Source of the DNA: an uncultured Solirubrobacterales bacterium
GTDB taxonomy: Bacteria > Actinomycetota > Thermoleophilia > Solirubrobacterales > Solirubrobacteraceae
DNA: 64,000 nucleotides
NCBI GenBank assembly: GCA_963821895.1
Contig: CAWGFQ010000007.1
Location: 60,203-124,202 of the forward strand
Direction of reading: 5' to 3'
Under the pieces are notes generated by a model. The model did not search any database. It had not been told where the DNA came from and was given only the letters and a program-made list of their open reading frames with translations. Positions 28,285-36,125 of this stretch are shown in pieces. The translations under genes were made by a program, and so were the position numbers. How positions within the stretch are numbered: the first letter of the stretch is position 1; every line of letters starts with the position of its first letter.

Positions 28285-28986
28285 CGTCTGAATACCTACC
28301 TGGTGGGTAGGGTATAGCAGCTCCCAGCGGGCTGCCAGCGTGGCGACGCGCTCCAGGTCGCGGCCGGCCTTGGTCAACGCATAGCGCACCTTGCCGTCCC
28401 GCTCGGCGCGGCTGAGGATGCCCTCGCACACGAGCGGCGTCAGCCGCCCGCGGGTCGCCGAGCGGCCCACGTCGGGGAGGCAGCGCTCGATGTCCATCGG
28501 GCGCAGCGGTTCGCGCGCGAGCGCGCGCATGATGCTGCGCGTCCGCTCGTCCGCGAGCAGGCGCAGCGGCCGGACGCCGGGGGGCACGCCGCCCTGCGTT
28601 GGCAGCGCCCAGCGTTGCTCCCAACGCGCGGATGCCTCAGGGACCTGGAGCAGGTCGAGCCCCGCCTCCGCCAGCGCGTAGTGGGCGCGGGGAGGTGTTC
28701 CCGCGCTGCGTTCGTGGGTGATCGCGCCGTGCTGCACCAGCTCGCCCAGACGGCGCATCAGCGCGGGGTGCGTCACGTGCGGGAGGCGGCGCTTGAGCTC
28801 GTTCGGGCGTCGCGGGGCGGGGACCAGCTCGTGCATGATCGCGACAGTCGCGCCAGTGGCCAGCAGGCGCAGGGTCACGGCGCCAGGGTGGCGGTGCGCG
28901 TGGGGCACCGGGCCGTGGGGCTCCGGCCTCGAGGTTGCCGGCGCTCGGGCAGCGTCCCATGGTTGATGCGAGATGTTCGACCCCAT
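27754..28986 (-). CDS. Tandem HxlR-type winged-helix protein reading in frame into Rrf2
   Basis: Two HxlR-like repeats (LRLLA...L.RRL.EL..G...Y.L..AG..L). No stop before the Rrf2 ATG. ATG 28986 follows a TATCTT -10-like box. Confidence 0.7.
   Translation of the reverse strand: MGSNISHQPWDAARAPATSRPEPHGPVPHAHRHPGAVTLRLLATGATVAIMHELVPAPRRPNELKRRLPHVTHPALMRRLGELVQHGAITHERSAGTPPRAHYALAEAGLDLLQVPEASARWEQRWALPTQGGVPPGVRPLRLLADERTRSIMRALAREPLRPMDIERCLPDVGRSATRGRLTPLVCEGILSRAERDGKVRYALTKAGRDLERVATLAARWELLYPTHQVGIQTMMFSTKAEYGVRVMVALARRASTADDTQGARGGLDAVVPLAEIAERDGLPLAYLEHLVARLRKAGLIDSRRGARGGYMLARPATEITMAEVVEALEGSIAPIECISLGADGEVVCSRESDPSHVCPTKLLWTRVRGSIVSTLMQTTLADLLATPAPAPAPTPNGRTLKPEPLTTGA
28292..28315. 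promoter_or_regulatory. Putative Rrf2 operator (imperfect palindrome)
   Basis: ATACCTACC-tggtg-GGTAGGGTAT, 7 nt upstream of the Rrf2 ATG. The ATA...TAT ends resemble IscR-type sites. Confidence 0.6.
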
Positions 28987-29392
28987 CCAAAGGCAAAGAT
29001 AGCGCGGCGTCCGTAGCTTTCCGAGGGGTGTGTATCGCACGAGCGAGGAGGCCGCGGGGGCGGGGTTGGCGGTCCGAGGTTTTGTGTCCGACTCCCGCTG
29101 GGGGCTTGCGGTTGCGGTTCAAACGACTCTAAATCTAAAAGTTTGTTAAATCTTAGGGCTTGGCATGAGACGCAGAGAGCGGTGCGCTTACCAGCATCCG
29201 GTTATATGGACTTATTCTGACGGGCTGGCGGATGATGGCGTTCGTGGGGATACGCATGTGCTGACGGGGCGCCGGATCCCGGATGGTGGGATGCGAGGGT
29301 GGTTGCCCAGCCTTGGGCTCCGTGTTATACCTGCCTTGCACCCGCCAGATGGGCTTGTTCGGACGGTGGCGGGGCAGCAACCCAAACGATCA

Positions 29393-29411
29393 TCCCGGCC
29401 GCAGGCCGGGA
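29393..29411 (+). promoter_or_regulatory. Perfect 8-bp hairpin directly before the RBS of the 246-aa secreted protein
   Basis: TCCCGGCC-gca-GGCCGGGA followed by GAAAGGAAG. Confidence 0.6.
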
Positions 29412-29429
29412 GAAAGGAAGCGCATTAGG

Positions 29430-30170
29430 ATGTTCAAAACGAGAGTCGCCTTGCTGGGCGCCTTGGCTCTCTTCATCGCCAGCGGGATCGCCGCGTCGAC
29501 AGCGTCGGCGGGGCAGGGACCGTTCTGGCATGTGGCTGGGGCCAAGCTCGGACAAGGTGCGGTCAAGCAAGTCAAATTTCAAGCAAAATACAACGAAGCT
29601 ATTTCGCTTTTCAGAGGTAGTGCCCTTAGTGGTGCTGTAGTCGTAGAAATCAAATGCCATAACAGCTATGGAGAAGGCGGGACCATCGAAGGCCAAGGTG
29701 CTTTCCAAGGCCAAGACAAAGCTGTGATCGTCTTCGAACAATGCAAAACGGCCTTCAAACCAGCAGCAGCGGAATGCAAAGTCGTAGAACCTATTAGAAC
29801 CAATCAATTGAAATCCTATCTGGCTTACAACAACACCAAACCGGAAAACAAACAACAAAAATTCGTCGATGTGTTTGAACCATCGGCAGCACAAGCGGCA
29901 GGCGTATTCCTCACCCTCCATTTTGCAGGCAAAGGCTGCCTTGTTACAGAAGCAAAGGTCGAAGGGAGTGTGGCCGCTGAGATCGTTCCTATAGAAAAGG
30001 AAAGTCAAGAACTGCTGTTCTTCTTCCCTGAAGTGCCTATCGAATCAGTCGTCCATGAACAACAAGAAAGGAAAGTCGGACTGTCGTTCGCGGGAGAACC
30101 AGCTATATTCAGTGGGGCCTATGGTGCGAGGCTCGCCACCAACGAACCGTGGGGGGTGTTCGGAACATAG
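29430..30170 (+). CDS. Secreted 246-aa beta-rich protein with 4 Cys and A-rich codon usage
   Basis: Signal peptide MFKTRVALLGALALFIASGIAASTASA, strong RBS and no recognisable enzyme motif. Confidence 0.85.
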   Translation: MFKTRVALLGALALFIASGIAASTASAGQGPFWHVAGAKLGQGAVKQVKFQAKYNEAISLFRGSALSGAVVVEIKCHNSYGEGGTIEGQGAFQGQDKAVIVFEQCKTAFKPAAAECKVVEPIRTNQLKSYLAYNNTKPENKQQKFVDVFEPSAAQAAGVFLTLHFAGKGCLVTEAKVEGSVAAEIVPIEKESQELLFFFPEVPIESVVHEQQERKVGLSFAGEPAIFSGAYGARLATNEPWGVFGT

Positions 30171-30198
30171 GGGAGAATCGATAGCAGCATGATCTCAG

Positions 30199-30229
30199 GA
30201 TGGGGGATCCGCATGCGTGGTCCCCCATC
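30199..30229 (+). terminator. Hairpin after the 246-aa gene (terminator or stabiliser)
   Basis: GATGGGGGA...TCCCCCATC stem with an inner CGC-at-GCG. Confidence 0.6.
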
Positions 30230-30403
30230 TGCCTCGGCGCCTTCGGGTGCCCTGGCTGGTGGGGCGGGCTCTTGGTGTCCTCGCGTATGTCCAGAGAACT
30301 GGAAACATGACTTGTGGATCGTAGTGTAGATCTCTTATGCTCGTGTACGGCGAGACGCTCTCTCCTTTCCCCTTGGCGAGATCATCTACAGGGGGAAATC
30401 ATT

Positions 30404-32704
30404 ATGGAAATTATTATACCTGTTCCATCCGTCACACGGTTGGCCCGCTTCGCGATCTGTGCGCTGGTTGTGTCCGCGACGCTGTCACTGGCCGGCGTCG
30501 CGAGCGCGGGAGCAGCGGGCTGTCTGGGCGGAGGCTCTCCCAGTGCGTCATATCTATTTGACTGCCGGGCGTATGAGCTGGTCTCTCCGTCGTATAAGGA
30601 GGGGTTCCAGGCGGAAGCTGTAGGGGTGTCCGAAGACGGTTCGCAGGTGCTTGCCAGGTCTGTGGGGGTGTTCGCTCGGTCTACTGGAGGCGACCTGCAG
30701 TATGAGTTCTTGCGGGGCCCGCTCGGTTGGGTGGCGTCGGCGGGGCTGGTGGGCGCGCAGTTTTCTGAATTTCCGGTCTATACCGTGGAAGGTGTCAGTC
30801 CGGATTTTCAGAGCACGCTCGTGTTTGCGAGTACGCTGGGCCAGGTCTTTGCCGAAGAAAAGGATGTTTATCTTCGTCTGCCGCCGGATGGCTCGATGGT
30901 GCTGGTGGGTCCGCTTGAACCTCCTGTCAGAAAGGGTGTGGGGCTCTACCTCGTCGGCTCCTCGGAAGACATGCGCCGCGCGGTGTTCGTTACGGAAGCG
31001 GCCTTCGCTTGGCCGGGTGACACGACCCTTCGGGAAGCGGAGCTGCCATCGCTGTATGAATATGAATACACCGGGCAGGCAGCCAGGGAACCGCGGCTCG
31101 TCGGCATCGACAACGTGGGAGTGCCGGGGAGCGTCGGAGCGGGACATCTGATCAGCAACTGCGGTGTCGTTCTCGGCAGCTTCCCGAGCTTGGAGGGCGA
31201 CGCCTACAACGCGATCTCGGCGAGCGGTGCGGCGGTCTTCTTCACGGCCGGGAAGTGCAGCGAACCCGGTGAACCGCCGGTCAATGAAGTGTATGCGCGC
31301 CTGCGGGAAACGCCCACCGTGCCGGCTCATACCGTGGCGGTCTCCGAGCCGCCTCTGTCTGGCCCGGGGAGCGTGCCGGGAAGGGAGTGCACAGGGCCAT
31401 GTGAAGAAACCGAGAAGAACCTCGGGCGCAACGAAGGTCCGGGAGAACGCCGGGAAGGCGTCTTTGCAGGTGCGTCGTCGGACGGCTCGAAGGTGTTCTT
31501 CCTGACGAGACAGTCGCTCCTCGACGGCGATGAAGAAGGGAAGGGCATGGGTCAGGATCTCTACGAGGCCGACGTCGACGAAGGAGCGCTCACGCGGCTG
31601 GTTCAGGTCTCACGCGGCGGGGCGGGCGATCCGACGCCCGGCTCGGGAGCTCACGTATTGGGCGTCGCGAGGGTCTCGCAGGACGGATCGCATGTCTATT
31701 TCGTGGCCGAAGGTCAGTTGACGGGCGCGAACAGGGAAGGAAGAAGTCCGGCTGAAAAAAGCCCAAACCTGTACGTGTATGACACGGTGACGGGCGGGAC
31801 GTCGTTCGTCACGACGCTGTCTCCCGGGGACCTTGCGGACTGGAGTCCAAAGGACAGCCGGCCGGTGCAGGCGACGCCTGATGGCCGTTTGCTCGTGTTC
31901 CAGAGCACGGCCGACCTGACGCCCGATCAGGGTCGGCGGGTGGAGGCGGGGCAGGTGTTCGAGTACGACGCGCAGGCGGAAACGCTGGTGCGGGTGTCCC
32001 AGGGCGAGGGCGGCTATGACGAAGACGGCAACTCGAGCGTTTATCCCGCCACCATTCCGGCGCCGCACTTTGCCAGGGAAGAAAGAATCGGGAACGGGCG
32101 CTTCCTGGGTCTGGCGGTGTCGGCGGACGGCTCGCGGGTGTTCTTCTCGACCCGCGAGGCGCTGACGACGCAGGCCTCGAATGGCGTCGTGAATGTGTAC
32201 GAGTATCACGCCGGGCACGTTGGTCTGATCTCCGATGGCCATGACGCTGCCGTGACGGTGGAAGGACGACCCGCGGTCGAATTGGTCGGGACGGATGAAT
32301 CGGGGCTTGATGTGTTCTTCACGACGGCGGATCGTCTCGTGCCGCAGGACACCGACGATCAGGTGGATCTGTACAACGCGCGCGTGGAAGGCGGGTTCGC
32401 GCCGCCGCCGGAAGCGGCGCCCTGTGCGGGCGACTCCTGCCAGGCGTCTCCGAGCGTGCCGCCTTCTTTGCTCATGCCAGGAGCGCCGTCCTCGACGGGG
32501 GGAACGCCACCGCCGGGCCCCACATCGCAGTCGCCGACCGTCGCTCAGCCGACCGTCGCCCAGGTCAGGGCCGCCAGGCTGGCGAAGGCTTTGAAGGCTT
32601 GCCGGGCAAAGCGCAACAACGGGCGCAGGCGGGCCGTCTGCGAACGTGCCGCGCGCAAGCGCTATCTCAACCAGGCCGGCAAGACCTCCGAGGTGCGCAA
32701 GTGA
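30404..32704 (+). CDS. Secreted TolB/PD40-like beta-propeller protein (766 aa), paralog of 15332-18764
   Basis: Signal peptide, DCRAYELVSP, S.DGS.VFF blades, Pro-rich linker and C-terminal RLAKALKAC...RRRAVCERAARKRY. Confidence 0.88.
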   Translation: MEIIIPVPSVTRLARFAICALVVSATLSLAGVASAGAAGCLGGGSPSASYLFDCRAYELVSPSYKEGFQAEAVGVSEDGSQVLARSVGVFARSTGGDLQYEFLRGPLGWVASAGLVGAQFSEFPVYTVEGVSPDFQSTLVFASTLGQVFAEEKDVYLRLPPDGSMVLVGPLEPPVRKGVGLYLVGSSEDMRRAVFVTEAAFAWPGDTTLREAELPSLYEYEYTGQAAREPRLVGIDNVGVPGSVGAGHLISNCGVVLGSFPSLEGDAYNAISASGAAVFFTAGKCSEPGEPPVNEVYARLRETPTVPAHTVAVSEPPLSGPGSVPGRECTGPCEETEKNLGRNEGPGERREGVFAGASSDGSKVFFLTRQSLLDGDEEGKGMGQDLYEADVDEGALTRLVQVSRGGAGDPTPGSGAHVLGVARVSQDGSHVYFVAEGQLTGANREGRSPAEKSPNLYVYDTVTGGTSFVTTLSPGDLADWSPKDSRPVQATPDGRLLVFQSTADLTPDQGRRVEAGQVFEYDAQAETLVRVSQGEGGYDEDGNSSVYPATIPAPHFAREERIGNGRFLGLAVSADGSRVFFSTREALTTQASNGVVNVYEYHAGHVGLISDGHDAAVTVEGRPAVELVGTDESGLDVFFTTADRLVPQDTDDQVDLYNARVEGGFAPPPEAAPCAGDSCQASPSVPPSLLMPGAPSSTGGTPPPGPTSQSPTVAQPTVAQVRAARLAKALKACRAKRNNGRRRAVCERAARKRYLNQAGKTSEVRK

Positions 32705-35700
32705 CCCGGATCGGGGTTTTTTGGGGCTGCCTGGGGGTGGCTGCCGCTCTGCTCTTTGCCGGTTCGGCGTCGGGCGCTGCGCCCGGTCCCGCGTGGGAAG
32801 TCTCCTCGGTTGCGCAGCCGACGAACTTCTCCGTAGAAGACAATGTGAAGTGCGCCATCTCAGGTGAGAGTCTCTGCGATCAGTATCTCGTGACGTTGAC
32901 GAACGTCGGGGGCGGGCCGGCGAGCGGAGGAACCCCCAATCGTCCTGTGACGATCGTCGACACGCTGCCGTCTGGGCTTAAGGTGGTGACCGGCCGCGGG
33001 AGAGGGGTGCGTGGCTATAACGTGGGGAAACCCAATGAACAGATGGACTGTGGCACAGCCACCACGATGGGCGTGACGACTGTGACGTGTTCATATGGGG
33101 GGACGGTCGAACCGGATGCCACGCTCGCTGTTTTCGTGGAAGTAGAAGTGGAAGCGACGACGTCGGCGGGTGCGATCACCAATGCGGTGTCGGTCTCTGG
33201 CGGTGGCGCTCCGCCTGCGTCCACGAGCGCGCCGCTGACGCTGTCGAACACAGTCGGAGGACCGCCCGCGGCGTTTGGGATCTCCGCGTTTGACTTTGCC
33301 GCGCATGACGCGAGCGGTGGGACCGATACGCAGGCCGGCGATCATCCCTCTGGAGTGGCGAGCACCGTGAACCTCAATACGGCTGTCGAGACCCTTCCGC
33401 TTTCACCGAGTGGGATGTTTCACATGGAAACTGTCGAAGTGACCAAGGATTTCGTGGTCTACGCGCCGCTTGGTTTCCTGGGCGACCCGCTCGCCGCGGC
33501 ACGGTGCACGGATTTACAGCTCCTCGCCTCGGGAGGAGCTTATGACACCGAGTGTCCAGCGGCCAGCCGTGTCGGCCGCCTTCTGGTGTTCGATGGCAAA
33601 ACGGTGGAGAGCAGCGCGGATCCTATCTTCTATGCAGGGACGGATGTGTATAACGTGGCTCCGGAGGCCGGCTATGCCGCGCAGTTCGGGTTCAAGGCGG
33701 GCGACCACGTCGTATCACTCTATGCGAGCGTCGTGCATACTGCGGCTGGCTATGCGGTGCGCGTCGCCGCCCCGGGTGTGCCCCATGTAAACGTGCATGG
33801 CACGACGGTGACGTTGTTTGGCGATCCGCGGGTTGCCGATGGCGAACCAGCCTCGTCTGCGCAGGCGTTCTTCACGAATCCTGACGATTGCAGCGCAGGC
33901 CCGTCGGTCGCCCGTTTCCAGGCCGATTCGTGGCTCCATCAGGGTCAGTGGGTCTCGGGTGAAACTGCTGCGTATCCCGAAATCACAGGCTGTGACCTGC
34001 TGCAGTTCGAACCGACCGTCGCGATGCGCCCAGAAGTGACACAGGCCGAAGCGCCATCGGGGTATGAATTCAAGATCAGAGTGCCGCAGCCCCCCGAACT
34101 GTCGCCCATCCTCGCCACCCCGCAGCTGAAGAACCTGACGATGGCGCTTCCGGAAGGCATGACGCTGTCCCCCGGCGCGGGCGATGGGCTGGTGGGTTGC
34201 GAAGCCACGGGGCCGCACGGGATCGACATGCCGACGGGGGGGAGCACTCCCACCGATGTGGGCGAAGGGCAGGAAGGCGAACGGGGTGAAGAAATCGGCG
34301 AAGACGGCATGTCGCATCTGGTGCCCGGCCACTGCCCGCGGGCGTCGCAGATCGGCACTGTCCAGATCAAGACTCCGGTGCTCGAACAGCCCGTGGAAGG
34401 TCGCGTGTACGTCGCGCAGCCTGCCTGTGGCGGGACGGGCCCGTCGGAATGCACGGCTGCCGATGCTGCGGATGGGAAGCTGTTCGGCCTCTACCTCGAA
34501 GCCGACGACCCGGGTTCGGGCGTGGTGATCAAGCTGGCGGCCAGCGCTTCGGTGGACCCCTCCACGGGGCGCATCACGGCGCGCTTTCTGGAAAACCCGC
34601 AGTTCCCTGTCAGCGAAGTGGCGGTGCAGCTGAAGGGCGGCGAGCGCGCGCCGCTGGCGAACCCGCGCCAGTGTGGCGAGGCCACCACCGCCGCCGACCT
34701 CACGCCGTGGAGCGCGCCGATGACGCCCGACGCGATCGTGGCGAGCGGGTTCGGTGTCAGCTGGAATGGCGCCGGCGGACCGTGCCCGGCGACGTTGCCG
34801 TTCGCGCCGGCGCTCGTGGCGGGGCCCGTGAACCTGGCGGCCGGCCGTTTCACCCCGCTCACCGTGACGATCACGCGCGGCGACCGCCAGCAGGACCTCT
34901 CGCGGGTGCAGGTGCACATGCCCGCGGGGCTGCTTGGGATGCTCTCCAAGGTGACGCTCTGCGGCGAACCGCAGGCGGCGCGGGGCGAATGCGGGGAAGC
35001 GAGTCAGATCGGCACGGTGCACGTCGCGGCGGGCTCCGGTTCGCAGCCGCTGTGGGTGTCGGGCAAGGTCTATCTCACAGGCCCGTATGAGGGCGCCCCC
35101 TTCGGTCTGTCGGTTGTGGTGGCTGCCGTGGCCGGCCCGTTCAACCTCGGCGATGTGGTGGTGCGCGCGCGCATCGACGTCGATCCGAGCACGAGCGCGC
35201 TGACGGTCACGAGCGATCCGCTGCCGCAGTTCCGCGACGGCGTGCCGCTGCGCATCCAGACGCTCAACATCGCGATCGAACGCGAAGGGTTCGTCTTCAA
35301 CCCCACCAACTGCGCTCCGAAGCAGATCGCCACCACGATCGAAGCCGAGCAGGGCGCCTCGGCGAGCCCGACCGCGTCGTTCGCGGCCGAAGGCTGCGGG
35401 AACCTCTCCTTCGGTCCGCGCTTCGCCGCGTCCACGCAGGCCAAGGCGTCGAAGGCGAAGGGGGCCAGCCTCGCCGTCAAGGTCACCCCCCCCAGCGGCC
35501 AGGCCAACATCGCCAAGGCCGTCGTGTCGCTGCCCAAGCAGCTGCCCGCGCGGCTGACCACGCTGCAGCAGGCCTGCCCGGAAGCGACCTTCGCCGCCAA
35601 CCCCGCGAGCTGCCCGGCGGGATCGGATGTCGGCAGCGCGAGGGCCGCGACCCCGGTGCTGAACGAAGCGCTCGTCGGCCCCGCCTACCTCGTCTCCCAC

Positions 35701-36054
35701 GGCGGCGCCGCGTTCCCGGATCTCGTGGTGATCCTGCAGGGGCAGGGCATTCGCCTGGATCTGGTCGGCAACACCGACATCGCGAAGGGCATCACCACCA
35801 GCTCGTTCAAGTCGATCCCCGACGCGCCCATCTCGAGCTTTGAACTGAAGCTGCCCGAGGGTCCCCACTCGGCCCTCACGACCGATCTCCCCGCGAAGAT
35901 CAAGGGCAACCTCTGCGGCCAGAAGCTCGCGATGCCCACCACGCTCACCGGCCAGAACGGTGCGCAGGTCGTACAGAGCACGAAGATCGCCGTGGTCGGC
36001 TGCCCGAAGCCGAAGGCGAAGAAGGCCAGCCGGGCGAGGAGCCGACGCGTGTAG
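32701..36054 (+). CDS. Large secreted protein (1117 aa), paralog of 18761-22078
   Basis: GTGA-coupled, with a signal peptide and PGPAW.V.SVA.PTNF start. The C-terminal LPKQLPARLTTLQQACPEATFAANPASCPAGSD is nearly identical to the paralog, and it ends in a basic tail. Confidence 0.85.
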   Translation: MTRIGVFWGCLGVAAALLFAGSASGAAPGPAWEVSSVAQPTNFSVEDNVKCAISGESLCDQYLVTLTNVGGGPASGGTPNRPVTIVDTLPSGLKVVTGRGRGVRGYNVGKPNEQMDCGTATTMGVTTVTCSYGGTVEPDATLAVFVEVEVEATTSAGAITNAVSVSGGGAPPASTSAPLTLSNTVGGPPAAFGISAFDFAAHDASGGTDTQAGDHPSGVASTVNLNTAVETLPLSPSGMFHMETVEVTKDFVVYAPLGFLGDPLAAARCTDLQLLASGGAYDTECPAASRVGRLLVFDGKTVESSADPIFYAGTDVYNVAPEAGYAAQFGFKAGDHVVSLYASVVHTAAGYAVRVAAPGVPHVNVHGTTVTLFGDPRVADGEPASSAQAFFTNPDDCSAGPSVARFQADSWLHQGQWVSGETAAYPEITGCDLLQFEPTVAMRPEVTQAEAPSGYEFKIRVPQPPELSPILATPQLKNLTMALPEGMTLSPGAGDGLVGCEATGPHGIDMPTGGSTPTDVGEGQEGERGEEIGEDGMSHLVPGHCPRASQIGTVQIKTPVLEQPVEGRVYVAQPACGGTGPSECTAADAADGKLFGLYLEADDPGSGVVIKLAASASVDPSTGRITARFLENPQFPVSEVAVQLKGGERAPLANPRQCGEATTAADLTPWSAPMTPDAIVASGFGVSWNGAGGPCPATLPFAPALVAGPVNLAAGRFTPLTVTITRGDRQQDLSRVQVHMPAGLLGMLSKVTLCGEPQAARGECGEASQIGTVHVAAGSGSQPLWVSGKVYLTGPYEGAPFGLSVVVAAVAGPFNLGDVVVRARIDVDPSTSALTVTSDPLPQFRDGVPLRIQTLNIAIEREGFVFNPTNCAPKQIATTIEAEQGASASPTASFAAEGCGNLSFGPRFAASTQAKASKAKGASLAVKVTPPSGQANIAKAVVSLPKQLPARLTTLQQACPEATFAANPASCPAGSDVGSARAATPVLNEALVGPAYLVSHGGAAFPDLVVILQGQGIRLDLVGNTDIAKGITTSSFKSIPDAPISSFELKLPEGPHSALTTDLPAKIKGNLCGQKLAMPTTLTGQNGAQVVQSTKIAVVGCPKPKAKKASRARSRRV

Positions 36055-36125
36055 AAGGGACGCGCCAGGCCGTTGACTCTGCAGGCCACCGTTCATCCTC
36101 GACGGGGCCTATCGTGCTTGGTCTT

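Noticed and set aside
29133..29429. Possible c-di-AMP (ydaO) or other known riboswitch before the secreted-protein gene
   Set aside because: I could not find the conserved ydaO blocks. Only a single hairpin before the RBS is supportable.
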